A stretch of DNA of 64,000 nt from Alphaproteobacteria bacterium (lineage in GTDB: Bacteria; Pseudomonadota; Alphaproteobacteria; CALKHQ01), in contig CBDDFZ010000002.1 of assembly GCA_965227515.1 (NCBI GenBank), positions 32,001-96,000 on the forward strand. The letters run 5' to 3'. The notes beneath the pieces are model-generated. The model searched no databases and was not told the DNA's origin. It saw only the letters and a program-made list of their open reading frames with translations. A program made the position numbers and the translations under genes. Of the stretch, positions 9,540 to 19,439 are shown in pieces. The first letter of the stretch is position 1. Each line of letters begins with the position of its first letter.

Positions 9540-10327
9540 GCCTGTGGCCCCTGGCGGCGAAACAGCTTGAGGGCGACAGGGGCCAGCGACAGCGCCGCCA
9601 GCGCGCACAGGCCCAGGATGACCTCGGTGGAGAGCGCGTCGCCCAGGCTGATCTCCGACCCGGCCTCCAACAGGCGGCCGATACCGGCGCCGAACGAGGC
9701 ATAGACGAAGGTGCCGGGGATGATGCCGATCAGGGTGCCGATGAAGAAGGTGCGCAGGGGCACACCCAGGAAGGCCGGCACCAGATTGACGGCGAAGAAC
9801 GGAAACGCCGGGATCAGGCGCAGGAACAGGAGGTAGCTCATGGCGTTGCGCCGGAACCCGGCCTCCATGCGCTGCATGAACGGGCCGGCGCGCTGGCGTA
9901 CCGCCTCGCCGATGGCGGTGCGCGCGATCAGGAACAGCGCGGTGGCGCCCAGGGTGGCCGCGATCACCGTGATCAGGGTCGCCCACCATTGGCCGAACAG
10001 GAACCCGCCCGACAGTGTCAGCACGGTCGCGCCAGGCACCGAGAACGCCACCGCGACGATATAGATCGCCATATAGGCCAGCACCGCCAGCACGAGATTG
10101 TCGCCGACCCATTCGCTCAGCGCCTCGTGATGCTGGTGCAACAGGGACAGCAGGCGGTCGCTGTCGACGCCGTAGACCAGGAAGACCGCCAGGCCGGCCA
10201 CCAGAACCGCCACCAGGCCCCAGCGCCACAGCCGCTGCCGCCATGTGACGCCCGTGCCCCCCTGCGCGGCCTGGGCAGCGGGGCGCCCATCGCACGGGGT
10301 GTCGCAGGTGGTTTCAGGCTCGGACAT
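9536..10327 (-). CDS. TVP38/TMEM64 (VTT/DedA) membrane protein
   Basis: SVPGATVLTLSGGFLFG, LFLRLIPAFPFFAVN, GIIPGT; 4-nt overlap with the oxidoreductase gene. Confidence 0.9.
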   Translation of the reverse strand: MSEPETTCDTPCDGRPAAQAAQGGTGVTWRQRLWRWGLVAVLVAGLAVFLVYGVDSDRLLSLLHQHHEALSEWVGDNLVLAVLAYMAIYIVAVAFSVPGATVLTLSGGFLFGQWWATLITVIAATLGATALFLIARTAIGEAVRQRAGPFMQRMEAGFRRNAMSYLLFLRLIPAFPFFAVNLVPAFLGVPLRTFFIGTLIGIIPGTFVYASFGAGIGRLLEAGSEISLGDALSTEVILGLCALAALSLAPVALKLFRRQGPQA

Positions 10328-10542
10328 ATGGATGTGACGCCTCAACGCGTTGTCGCCGGCGTGGCAAGGGGGCGTGGCAAGGGATCGTCGACCTTATACG
10401 CCCGGCGCGCGCATGCTCCGTTCAACGTCCCGTCAGCACGGTGTGATCCAGGCACCGGCCCCGGCGGGTGGCTCAGCGGATCGGCCCGGCCTATCCTGGC
10501 AGCGGCAAACCGCAAGGCTTCCCCCATTTCGTCGCGCTTGCG

Positions 10543-10572
10543 TTGACACATGCTTGCCGCACACCGTATACC
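10543..10572 (+). promoter_or_regulatory. sigma70-like promoter of rpmH
   Basis: TTGACA-18nt-TATACC. Confidence 0.55.
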
Positions 10573-10645
10573 ACGCCGTCATTCGGCGGCGTGGCAGATT
10601 TCGACGAGCGCCCGCCGACGAGTTCCCAGGATAGTGGAGTCTCAC

Positions 10646-10780
10646 GTGAAGCAGACCTTTCAACCGGGTCGGCTGGTGCGCAAGCGGCGGCATGGGTTCC
10701 GTGCACGCATGGCCACCAAGGCCGGCCGTTTGGTGCTGGCGCGTCGCCGCGCCAAGGGCCGCAAGCGCCTTTCCGCCTAG
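10646..10780 (+). CDS. rpmH: 50S ribosomal protein L34
   Basis: GTG start after GGAG; [28 protein letters not shown]. Confidence 0.97.
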   Translation: MKQTFQPGRLVRKRRHGFRARMATKAGRLVLARRRAKGRKRLSA

Positions 10781-10808
10781 CGAAGTTTTGGCCTGACCCG
10801 CCCGGAGA

Positions 10809-11291
10809 GTGTGCGTGCGCGACGGCACGACCAACCGACAGGATCGGCAAGCCGAAGGTCGGAAGATCGAGGGTTGCCGGAAAATCGGGCGCCTGAAGCG
10901 GCGCCCGGACTTTTTGCGCGTGGCCGCGGCGCGGCGCAGTGCCGCTCGCCCGGGTGTGGTGGTGCAGGCCGCCGCCATGGGTGAGGACCAGCGCCAACAC
11001 AGCCATGCACCGGTGCGCGTCGGGTTCACCGTCACCCGCAAGGTCGGCGGCGCGGTGGTCCGCAACCGGGTCAAGCGCCGGCTGCGCGCGGTCGCGGACC
11101 GGGTGCTGCCGGACCATGCCGCGGCGGGCACCGACCTGGTGCTGATCGGCCGCAACGGCACCGCCGGGCGCGATTTTGCCGATCTCGTCGGCGACCTGAA
11201 GTCGGCGCTGCGCCAACTGCGCGTCTGGCGCGCTGACGGGTCCCGCGACGCGCGCAACGACGGGTGCGGGGACAGGCGCGGCGCATGCTGA
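10809..11291 (+). CDS. rnpA: RNase P protein component
   Basis: [32 protein letters not shown]; start uncertain. Confidence 0.93.
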   Translation: MCVRDGTTNRQDRQAEGRKIEGCRKIGRLKRRPDFLRVAAARRSAARPGVVVQAAAMGEDQRQHSHAPVRVGFTVTRKVGGAVVRNRVKRRLRAVADRVLPDHAAAGTDLVLIGRNGTAGRDFADLVGDLKSALRQLRVWRADGSRDARNDGCGDRRGAC

Positions 11292-11620
11292 TCAATCGGG
11301 CGATGTCCGCGACGGCCGGCGGCCTGCTGCGCGGTGCGGTCAAGGCATATCAATGGGGTATCTCGCCCCTGCTGCCGGGGAGTTGCCGCTACCTGCCGAC
11401 GTGCTCGGACTACGCCCGCGAGGCGATCGAGCGGCATGGCCCGGTGCGCGGCACCTGGCTGGCGGTGCGGCGGCTGGGACGATGCCATCCCTGGGGCGGC
11501 AGCGGCTATGATCCGGTGCCCGGCGTCGCAAGCGGATGCGCACATGACCGTTGCGGGCACGGCGCTCGTGGTGGGGACGTCGAGGGGGACGTGCGGGTGA
11601 CGGAGACGGTACGTGGGTGA
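11285..11620 (+). CDS. yidD: membrane protein insertion efficiency factor
   Basis: [39 protein letters not shown]. Confidence 0.93.
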   Translation: MLINRAMSATAGGLLRGAVKAYQWGISPLLPGSCRYLPTCSDYAREAIERHGPVRGTWLAVRRLGRCHPWGGSGYDPVPGVASGCAHDRCGHGARGGDVEGDVRVTETVRG

Positions 11621-13649
11621 CATAGGCAATACCCGCAACATGATCATCGCGATCGTTGCATCGGTCGTGATCTTCCTGGCCTGGCAGTTCTTCTTCGAGG
11701 CGCCGCGCATCGAGCGCGAGCAGCAACTGCTGGTGGAACAGCAGCAGCTTGCGGAACAGCAGCAGGAAATCGAGGTCCAGGAGGCGCAGGAGGCGGTGAT
11801 CGTCATCGACGGCGCCGAGGTGAACGTGGTCGAGAGCCCGCGCGTCGCCATCGAGACGCCGTTGCTCACCGGGTCGATTCGGCTTGCCGGTGCGCTGTTC
11901 GACGACCTGGTGCTCAAGGGCTACCACCTGACCGAGGATCCGGAGAGCCCGGAGGTCGTGCTTCTGGCCGGCACGGAGTCCGAGGCGCCGTATTTCGTCG
12001 ACATCGGCTGGGAGAGCGTCGAGAACGACGTCGAGGTGCCCGGGCCGACCGCGCTGTGGGAAGCCGACGGTGAGGCGCTGACGCCCGACAACCCGGTCAC
12101 GCTGACCTGGACCAACGAGGCCGGCGTGGTGTTCGAGCGCGAGATCGCGGTCGACGACCGCTACATGTTCACGGTCACCCAGCGGGTGATCAACGATGTC
12201 GGCGCCAGCGGCACCGTGCACCCCACTGCGATGGCAGAGCGCCGCGGACTTATCGAGACCACCGGCTTCTTCGTCCTGCACGAGGGGCCGATCGGCGTGT
12301 TCGACGAGACGCTGGAAGAGTACGAGTACGACGACCTGTCGGACGAGGGCCTGATCCAGCACCCCAGCACCGGCGGCTGGCTGGGCTATTCCGACAAGTA
12401 CTGGCTGGTCGCGCTGGTGCCGGAGCAGTCGGAGGCGATCACCGGCCAGTTCAGTTATGAGCGCGGCACATTGGGGCGCTACCAGGTCGGCTGGGCCGAG
12501 AACCGGGCGCGCAATATCGCCAGCGAAGACGTGGAGATCACCACCCGTTTCTTCGCCGGCGCCAAGGTTGTCGACATGCTCGACACCTACGAGGAAGAGC
12601 TCGCCATTCCGCTGTTCGACCGGGCGGTGGACTTCGGCTGGTTCTACTTCCTGACCAAGCCGCTGTTCCAGCTGTTGCACTGGTTCTACACCCACGTCGG
12701 CAATTTCGGCGTGGCGATCATGTGCCTGACGGTGGTGGTCCGGATCATCCTGTATCCGCTCGCCAACAAGTCCTACAAGTCGATGAGCCGGATGAAGAAG
12801 CTCGGCCCGCAGATGCAGGCGATGCGCGAGCGCTTCAAGGACGACCGGCAGGCGCAGCAACGCGAGATGATGGCGCTGTACAAGCGCGAGAAGGTGAACC
12901 CGGCGGCCGGCTGTTTGCCGATCCTGGTCCAGATTCCGGTGTTCTTCGCCCTCTACAAGGTGCTGCTGGTCTCCATCGAGATGCGCCACGCGCCCTTCGT
13001 GCTGTGGATCACCGACCTGTCGGCCATCGACCCGACCAGCATATTCAACCTCTATGGCCTGTTGCCGTTCGATCCGCCAAGCTTCCTGATGATCGGCGTG
13101 CTGCCGACCCTGATGGGCCTGTCGATGTGGGCGCAGCAGCGGTTGAATCCCGCGCCGGCCGACCCGGTGCAGGCGAAGATCTTCGCCTTCCTGCCGCTGG
13201 TGTTCACGTTCCTGCTGGCGGGCTTCGCGGCGGGCCTGGTGCTCTATTGGACCACCAACAACCTGCTCTCGCTGGCCCAGCAATATGTGATCATGCGCCG
13301 CATGGGCGCGCCGATCGGGCGCAAGGCCGGCGAGGCCGAGCGCAAGCGGCTGGAGGAAGAGGCCAAGCAGGCGGTCGAGAAGGCGAAGGAAGAACAGCGC
13401 CAGCAGCGCGAGGAACAGCGCCAGGCGACGCCGGCGCCGACCAAGCCGTTCAAGCCGAAGAAGGCGCGCTCCGGCACGGCGAAGACCGGCCCGGCGAAGC
13501 AGAACCAGGGCAAGCAGAATCAGGCCAAGCAGAGCCAGGGCAAGTCCAGATCGTCCAGTTCGGGCCAGTCGAAATCCCGGTCCGGCAACAAGGGCGGCAA
13601 CCGCAAGGGCGGCTCCGGCCGCGCGGCACCGAAGGGTAGCGGCGCCTGA
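11613..13649 (+). CDS. yidC: membrane protein insertase YidC with long C-terminal tail
   Basis: [39 protein letters not shown]. Confidence 0.97.
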   Translation: MGDIGNTRNMIIAIVASVVIFLAWQFFFEAPRIEREQQLLVEQQQLAEQQQEIEVQEAQEAVIVIDGAEVNVVESPRVAIETPLLTGSIRLAGALFDDLVLKGYHLTEDPESPEVVLLAGTESEAPYFVDIGWESVENDVEVPGPTALWEADGEALTPDNPVTLTWTNEAGVVFEREIAVDDRYMFTVTQRVINDVGASGTVHPTAMAERRGLIETTGFFVLHEGPIGVFDETLEEYEYDDLSDEGLIQHPSTGGWLGYSDKYWLVALVPEQSEAITGQFSYERGTLGRYQVGWAENRARNIASEDVEITTRFFAGAKVVDMLDTYEEELAIPLFDRAVDFGWFYFLTKPLFQLLHWFYTHVGNFGVAIMCLTVVVRIILYPLANKSYKSMSRMKKLGPQMQAMRERFKDDRQAQQREMMALYKREKVNPAAGCLPILVQIPVFFALYKVLLVSIEMRHAPFVLWITDLSAIDPTSIFNLYGLLPFDPPSFLMIGVLPTLMGLSMWAQQRLNPAPADPVQAKIFAFLPLVFTFLLAGFAAGLVLYWTTNNLLSLAQQYVIMRRMGAPIGRKAGEAERKRLEEEAKQAVEKAKEEQRQQREEQRQATPAPTKPFKPKKARSGTAKTGPAKQNQGKQNQAKQSQGKSRSSSSGQSKSRSGNKGGNRKGGSGRAAPKGSGA

Positions 13650-13710
13650 GCCACCGTGCCGGGCGCATGGGCTGGGCCCGGCGTCGCGCGATCTGCCGCC
13701 GCATGTATCG

Positions 13711-14391
13711 ATGCAAGACGACCCTGAAATTGATCCCGCCGACATTGGCGCCCCAGGCATCGATCCTGCCGCCATCGAGGCCGGTCGCCGCTTGTTCGCG
13801 GGTCGCTGCGACTTCGTCATCGGCGTGGCGGGCTATGAGCAGATTCCGCCGGCGGGCGTGCCAGAGGTGGCGTTTGCCGGCCGCTCCAATGTCGGCAAGT
13901 CGAGCCTGGTCAACGCGCTGACCGGCCGGCGCACGCTGGCCCGCACGTCGAACACGCCGGGCCGCACCCGCCAGCTCAACTTCTTCGACTTGGGCGGCGT
14001 GCTGATGCTGGTCGACCTGCCGGGCTATGGCTATGCCCGGGTCGCCAAGACCGAGGTGCAGGAGTGGACCCAGCTTGTGCGCGACTATCTGCGCGGGCGC
14101 GAGAATTTGCGCCGGGTCTGTGTGCTGATCGACGCGCGGCGTGGCGCGATGAGCACCGACGAGGAGGTGATGACCCTGCTGGACCAGGCGGCCGTGCCGT
14201 ATCGGCTGGTGCTGACCAAGGCCGACAAGCTGGGCCCGACCAAGGTGGCCGCGGTCGAGGCAGCGGTGCGGGCGACCGCCAAGAAGCACCCGGCGGCGAT
14301 GCCGGACCCGCTGGTGACCAGCGCGGTGAAGGGCGTCGGCATCGCGGAACTGCGGGCCGAACTGGCGGCTCTGGTCGAGGGGCCGGCATAG
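13711..14391 (+). CDS. engB: ribosome biogenesis GTPase YihA/YsxC
   Basis: EVAFAGRSNVGKSS, DLPGYGYA, TKADK. Confidence 0.95.
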   Translation: MQDDPEIDPADIGAPGIDPAAIEAGRRLFAGRCDFVIGVAGYEQIPPAGVPEVAFAGRSNVGKSSLVNALTGRRTLARTSNTPGRTRQLNFFDLGGVLMLVDLPGYGYARVAKTEVQEWTQLVRDYLRGRENLRRVCVLIDARRGAMSTDEEVMTLLDQAAVPYRLVLTKADKLGPTKVAAVEAAVRATAKKHPAAMPDPLVTSAVKGVGIAELRAELAALVEGPA

Positions 14392-14494
14392 GTAGAGGAC
14401 CTGGGCAATGGCCCCAGGAATGATTTGCGGGGGACAACGCTCCGGCCGGTCGCGTAGGATGCGGGCCAGGGCGCAACGACGATAGGGTGGGCGA

Positions 14495-15400
14495 ATGGGC
14501 GCGAAGGAAAACCGTCGACGGCTGGAATGGCTTTCGAAAGCCGGCATTCTGTCGGAGGCGCTGCCGTATATGCGGCGCTACACCGGCAAGACCTTCGTCA
14601 TCAAATATGGCGGCCACGCCATGGGCGACGAGGCGCTGTCGACCGCGTTTGCGCGCGATATCGTGCTGCTGAAGCAGGTGGGCATCAACCCGGTGGTGGT
14701 GCACGGCGGCGGGCCGCAGATCGGCCGCATGCTGGAACGCCTGGCGGTGAAGTCGGAGTTCGTCGACGGCTTGCGCGTGACCGATTCCAATACGGTCGAG
14801 GTGGTGGAGATGGTGCTGGCCGGCACCATCAACAAGCAGATCGTCACCGACATCAACAAGACCGGCGGCACCGCGGTCGGCATCTGCGGCAAGGACGGCG
14901 GCATGATCCGCGCGCGCCGGCTGCGCCGCACGCAGCGCGACCCTGATTCCAATATCGAGCGCATTCTCGACCTCGGGTTCGTCGGCGAGCCGTCCCATGT
15001 CGACCCGACGATCCTGGAAACCATGGTGGAGGGCGACCTGATCCCGGTCGTTGCCCCCATCGGTGTCGGCGAGAAGGGCGAGACCTACAACATCAATGCC
15101 GATACCGTGGCGGGTGCTGTGGCCGGCGCGCTGGGCGCCATGCGCCTCTACCTGCTGACCGACGTGCAGGGCGTGCTGGACGGCGACGGCGAGTTCATCT
15201 CCGAAATGACCTCGACCCGCGCACAGCAGTTGATCGACGACGGCGTGGTGAAGGGCGGGATGATCCCCAAGCTGGAGACCTGCATGTCCGCGCTGCGCAA
15301 CTCGGTCGAGGCGTCCGTCATCCTCGACGGCCGCGTGCCCCATGGCATGTTGCTGGAGATATTCACCGAGGTCGGCGTCGGCACCATGGTGAAGGATTAG
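14495..15400 (+). CDS. argB: acetylglutamate kinase
   Basis: [30 protein letters not shown]. Confidence 0.97.
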   Translation: MGAKENRRRLEWLSKAGILSEALPYMRRYTGKTFVIKYGGHAMGDEALSTAFARDIVLLKQVGINPVVVHGGGPQIGRMLERLAVKSEFVDGLRVTDSNTVEVVEMVLAGTINKQIVTDINKTGGTAVGICGKDGGMIRARRLRRTQRDPDSNIERILDLGFVGEPSHVDPTILETMVEGDLIPVVAPIGVGEKGETYNINADTVAGAVAGALGAMRLYLLTDVQGVLDGDGEFISEMTSTRAQQLIDDGVVKGGMIPKLETCMSALRNSVEASVILDGRVPHGMLLEIFTEVGVGTMVKD

Positions 15401-15442
15401 CGCGGGTCGGTTGGCGCCAGTTACCCGGCAAACCATCCCCCA

Positions 15443-15620
15443 TTGTCATCCTCGCCCTTGTGGCGAGGATCCATTTTCGTCCAATGCGCCAACACGTTAG
15501 GGGTACTTGCGGGCGTCAAAGGCGGTCGGCTGAGTCCGCTCGCAGCTCCGTGATCCTGCACATTGGTTCAATCCAGAGCTGCACACGAATGGGTCCTCGG
15601 CACAAGGCCGAGGACGACAA
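15443..15620. repeat. inverted dimer of TGTC/CGTC-type palindromic (REP-like) repeats
   Basis: TTGTCATCCTCGCCCTTGTGGCGAGGATCCAT ... ATGGGTCCTCGGCACAAGGCCGAGGACGACAA; each arm is itself a hairpin; related copy at 50591. Confidence 0.8.
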
Positions 15621-15640
15621 TCTTTTTTTCGACAGCAACG

Positions 15641-15679
15641 GAAAAGGGCCGCCCGGGGGTGCCGGACGGCCCTTCTTTC
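15641..15679. terminator. bidirectional intrinsic terminator between argB and flgH
   Basis: GAAAAGGGCCGCCCGG-GGGTG-CCGGACGGCCCTTCTTTC. Confidence 0.7.
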
Positions 15680-15701
15680 ATTCGGCGATGTGCCGCGCCG
15701 A

Positions 15702-16499
15702 TCAGAACGGCATCAGGATGTCGTAGATCTGATCGCCGTAGCGCGGCTGCTGCACATCGGTGATCTGGCCGCGGCCGCCATAGGAAATGCGGGCCTCGGC
15801 GATCTGGTCGTAGGCGATGGTGTTGTCCGCGCGCACGTCCTCGGGCCGGATGATCCCGGCGACCAGAAGCTCGCGCAGCTCGAAGTTCACCCGCACCTCC
15901 TGGCGGCCCTGGATCACCATGTTGCCGTTCGGCAGCACCTGGGTGATCAGGGCGGCGACGCGCACCGAGATGTCCTCTTCGCGGTCGACGGCGCCGGTGC
16001 CGAGGTTGGCCGTGTCCGACCCGAAGTCGGTCAGGCTGGTGTTGTCGATGGTCTCGGGGAACACCTGGGCGAGGTCGGCCTCATAGCCGAGGAACGCGTT
16101 CAGCGCGGACTCGCTGTCGTTCGAGCGCGACCGCGAGCTGGTGTTGTTGATGTCGGCCTGGTCGGAGATCTCGATCACCACCGTCAGCAGGTCGCCGACG
16201 CGCTGGGCGCGCTGGTCGCGGAAGAACGCGCGGCTGCCCGGGCGCCACAGCGACTGGGACTGGCGCTCGGCGATCTCCGGCGCCGGCATCGGCATGGAGA
16301 CCGGCTGGTATCCGGGGGCCGTGATCGGATTCTCGATCGGCGACAGTGCCGGCGGGCGGCCGACATCGGCCAGACGCTCGGTCATGCCGCAGGCGGCCAG
16401 GACGGACGCGGTCAACGTGACGGCAACCGCGCGCATCATCGTGCGGCCCATCAGGAACCGGCGATTGGATGCTGAGGCGGGGTGGGGGGGTTGGTGCAT
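15702..16499 (-). CDS. flgH: flagellar L-ring lipoprotein
   Basis: Lipobox LAAC; SLW..FFRDQRAQRVGDLLTV; LPNGNMVIQG; IAEARISYGGRG. Confidence 0.95.
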   Translation of the reverse strand: MHQPPHPASASNRRFLMGRTMMRAVAVTLTASVLAACGMTERLADVGRPPALSPIENPITAPGYQPVSMPMPAPEIAERQSQSLWRPGSRAFFRDQRAQRVGDLLTVVIEISDQADINNTSSRSRSNDSESALNAFLGYEADLAQVFPETIDNTSLTDFGSDTANLGTGAVDREEDISVRVAALITQVLPNGNMVIQGRQEVRVNFELRELLVAGIIRPEDVRADNTIAYDQIAEARISYGGRGQITDVQQPRYGDQIYDILMPF

Positions 16500-16591
16500 G
16501 TCGGTCTCCACGTTGAGGTCCGTTCTGGGACGTCGTTCTTGTCGGCGGCGGGCGCCGGAAAGGGGTGTCGCGGTCGGGGCTCTGCGACGGC

Positions 16592-17563
16592 TCAATAGCC
16601 CATGGTGTCGATGGGACCGGCCACGGCTACCTGCCCTGGCCCGGTCACTCGCGCGTCAACCGTGCGCGAGCTTTGGGTGTTGACGACGCGGATCACATCG
16701 TTCAGCGCGCCGTTTTCCAGTGCCTGGCCTTGCGCGGTGATAACGAGCGCACCGCTGCGGTAGACCATGGTCACCGGTTCGCCGCGCACAACCTGGCGCG
16801 GCGGACGGACATCGTTGTCGCTCAAGGGCTCGCCGGGCCGCAGAGCGACGCGTGCGACGTGGCCGATCACCAGATCGGGCGCCAGCAGCGCGTTCGCCGG
16901 CAGGCGGTCGGCCGCGATCTCCATGAAATCGACGTCTTCGGCCGTGATCAGCTGGTCGCGCGCGATGGAGCGCACCAGCACCGGCACCGTGCTGACCGCG
17001 CGCACCCGGCCGGCCAGCCGCACCGCGATCTCGTGCACGGTCTGCGGGGCGGCGATCAGCAGCGCGCTGAAGCGCTGGCTGCGCACGTCGTAGCGCACGT
17101 CCTCCACCATCAGGTCCGCCGGCACGCCGGTGGGCAGGCGGATGCTGGTGATGCCGCTGTCGAGCTCCAGGCGAAGCTGGCCCTGCGCCAGCGGCAGTTC
17201 GGTGCGCGCCAGCAGCGCGTCGGTCAGGCTGGCGACGATCGTTTCGTAGGTCACATCCTGGGCCGCGCGCAGCACCAGGATGCGGTCGGCGCCGGTGCCC
17301 GGCTGCCAGTCCAGGTCATGCGCCAGCGCGACCCGGTAGAGGAAGTTCGGCCCGATCTCGACCTGCTCGCCGGGGTCCGGTGCGTAGAACACCGGCTCGG
17401 CGGCGGCGTCGCCGGCATCGGCGAACATGTCGCCGACGGTAACCACGTCGCTGTCGACGACCACGGAGGGGCGCAGTTCCGCGCCCTGGGCGGTGCGGTC
17501 GTAGGCCGACAGCCCGCCGACGACGACGAAGAGCGCGACGGCGAAGATCCGATAGAGGTTCAT
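16592..17563 (-). CDS. flgA: flagellar P-ring formation chaperone
   Basis: Signal peptide, SAF-like domain, GQALENGALNDVIRVVN; lies between flgG and flgH. Confidence 0.9.
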   Translation of the reverse strand: MNLYRIFAVALFVVVGGLSAYDRTAQGAELRPSVVVDSDVVTVGDMFADAGDAAAEPVFYAPDPGEQVEIGPNFLYRVALAHDLDWQPGTGADRILVLRAAQDVTYETIVASLTDALLARTELPLAQGQLRLELDSGITSIRLPTGVPADLMVEDVRYDVRSQRFSALLIAAPQTVHEIAVRLAGRVRAVSTVPVLVRSIARDQLITAEDVDFMEIAADRLPANALLAPDLVIGHVARVALRPGEPLSDNDVRPPRQVVRGEPVTMVYRSGALVITAQGQALENGALNDVIRVVNTQSSRTVDARVTGPGQVAVAGPIDTMGY

Positions 17564-17576
17564 GTCCGTGCTCCCG

Positions 17577-18362
17577 TCAGCGCAGGCGGTTGAGTTGCGA
17601 CAGCATCTCGTCGGATGCCTGGATGACCTTCGAGTTCATCTCGTAGGCGCGCTGGGCGTTGATCAGGCTGGTGATCTCCTGCACCACGTTGACGTTCGAG
17701 GTTTCCAGGAAGCCCTGCAGGATGGTGCCGAACCCGGCGGTGCCCGGGGTGGCGGTGGTGGCCGCGCCCGACGCCGGGGTCTCGGAGAAGAAGTTGTTGC
17801 CGATCGCTTCCAGCCCGCCGTCGTTGGCGAACTTGGCGATCTGGAGCTGGCCGACGTTCTGCGGCGCGACCTGGCCGTCGATGGTCACCAGCACCTCGCC
17901 GCTGGAATTGACGGCGATCGACGTGGCATCGGTCGGCACCACGATGGACGGCTGCACCGGGTAGCCGTCGGCGGTGACGATCTCGCCGGTGGCGCTCAGT
18001 TGCAGCGCGCCGGAGCGGGTGTAGGCGGTCTCGCCGCTGGGCAGCTCGACCTGGAAGTAGCCGTCGCCGGAGATCGCCAGGTCCAGCGGGTTCTCGGTGA
18101 CCGAGATCGCGCCCTGCTCGGACACGCGATAGACCGCCGCGGTGCGTACGCCGAGGCCGATCTGCACGCCGGCCGGCACGATGGTGCCGATGTCCGACGA
18201 CGTTGTGCCGACCGGCTGCTGGTTCTGGTACAGCAGGTCCTGGAACTCCGCCCGCCGCCGCTTGTAGGCGGTGGTGTTCATGTTGGCGATGTTGTTGGAG
18301 ATGATCTCCACGTTGAGCTGCTGCGCCAGCATGCCCGTGGCTGCAATATCTAGTGCGCGCAT
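17577..18362 (-). CDS. flgG: flagellar distal rod protein
   Basis: ISNNIANMNT, AEFQDLLYQ, LETSNVNVVQE. Confidence 0.96.
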   Translation of the reverse strand: MRALDIAATGMLAQQLNVEIISNNIANMNTTAYKRRRAEFQDLLYQNQQPVGTTSSDIGTIVPAGVQIGLGVRTAAVYRVSEQGAISVTENPLDLAISGDGYFQVELPSGETAYTRSGALQLSATGEIVTADGYPVQPSIVVPTDATSIAVNSSGEVLVTIDGQVAPQNVGQLQIAKFANDGGLEAIGNNFFSETPASGAATTATPGTAGFGTILQGFLETSNVNVVQEITSLINAQRAYEMNSKVIQASDEMLSQLNRLR

Positions 18363-18424
18363 GGGTCAGATGCTCCTTCGCGTCTCGGTAATACGGGTTT
18401 CAGCGGTCGCGCTTGGCGGGGTCA

Positions 18425-19159
18425 TCAGCCGGCCCGCGACAGGCGCTGCAGCGCCAGGCGCTGGCGCTCGCTTTCCTGTTCGATCAGGCGCGTGATGCGC
18501 TGGTATTCCTTGCTGACCTCGACCATCCGGGTCATCTCGTGGACCGCGGAGACGTTGGACTGCTCGATCATGCCCTGGGCGACCTCGGGCGCCTCCATCG
18601 GTGTCGCCGCCATGTCGCCGGCGTCGTAGAGGCCGTCACCGGTCCGCTCCAGGCGATGGGTCTCGTCGAACGAGACGATGCCCAGGCGGCCGACGACCGC
18701 GCCGTTGGCCGAGATGGTGCCGTCCGTGGCGATGGAGATGTCGGTGGCCTCGGGGATCACCAGCGGGCCGCCGCCGTTGCCCAGCACCTTGTTGCCCGAG
18801 CTGTCGATCAGCTCGCCGCCGGGCCCGAGCGCGAAGCGGCCGTTGCGCGAGTAGCGCACGCCGTCGGGGGTCTCGACGCTGAAGAAGCCCTCGCCGGAGA
18901 TGCCCACGTCCAGCGGATTGCCGGTGCTGGCCAGCGAGCCTGCGCTGAAGTCGACGTAGGTGCCCAGGGTCTGGTTGAAGGCCACCGGGCCCAGCGGGTC
19001 GTCGATGAAGCCCTCCTGGCCCTCCAGCATCGCCGCGAACAGCAGGCTCTGGGACTTGAAGGCCGGGGTGTTCATGTTGGCGAGGTTGTTCGCCACCGTT
19101 TCCATCTGGGCGCCAAGGGCGATCTGGCGCGATACGGCGACGAGGGATGCATTTTCCAT
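18425..19159 (-). CDS. flgF: flagellar proximal rod protein
   Basis: VANNLANMNTPAFK, TGNPLDV, EQSNV. Confidence 0.93.
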   Translation of the reverse strand: MENASLVAVSRQIALGAQMETVANNLANMNTPAFKSQSLLFAAMLEGQEGFIDDPLGPVAFNQTLGTYVDFSAGSLASTGNPLDVGISGEGFFSVETPDGVRYSRNGRFALGPGGELIDSSGNKVLGNGGGPLVIPEATDISIATDGTISANGAVVGRLGIVSFDETHRLERTGDGLYDAGDMAATPMEAPEVAQGMIEQSNVSAVHEMTRMVEVSKEYQRITRLIEQESERQRLALQRLSRAG

Positions 19160-19228
19160 GCGTAGGTGGCTCCGGTTCTGGGGCTGAAGGCCGTGTTCTG
19201 GCCGAGCCTCGCGTTCGGCGACACCCTG

Positions 19229-19244
19229 TGCAGTGACCGTGCCA
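19229..19244 (-). promoter_or_regulatory. sigma54 promoter of flgFGAH
   Basis: TGGCAC-GGTCA-CTGCA with GG-N10-GC spacing. Confidence 0.8.
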
Positions 19245-19319
19245 GATAGTTAAAGTTAATGAAAACAACGAGTTAAATTCGAAACGGCTGTCCGGCTAGG
19301 CAGCAAGCGGCATGGCGGT

Positions 19320-19334
19320 CGGCAAGCTTTGCCG
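19320..19334. promoter_or_regulatory. ftr-like (FlbD) enhancer palindrome
   Basis: CGGCAA-GCT-TTGCCG about 80 bp upstream of the sigma54 site, with an AT-rich (IHF-like) tract at 19247-19284 between them. Confidence 0.65.
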
Positions 19335-19358
19335 GGGCAGGGCCGGTCCTTGCCGGGG

Positions 19359-19374
19359 GCAACATCTTCTTAAC
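19359..19374 (+). promoter_or_regulatory. degenerate CtrA box, class II-type fliL promoter
   Basis: GCAA-N7-TTAAC. Confidence 0.6.
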
Positions 19375-19439
19375 CTCGTTGCGCGTACATTTCGGCCGTC
19401 GATCCGGCCAAAGGCCCGGACACAGGCAATGGATAGCGG

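Noticed and set aside
9540-10295. Apparent 725-aa extended oxidoreductase or VTT fusion
   Set aside because: The extension overlaps the VTT gene in another frame and is low-complexity; a clean ATGA overlap gives the start at 9539
10400-10645. oriC near rpmH
   Set aside because: No dnaA, DnaA-box cluster or AT-rich unwinding element here
19250-19276. Three TTAA half-sites as a CtrA box
   Set aside because: Spacing is not N7; better explained as an AT-rich bending site
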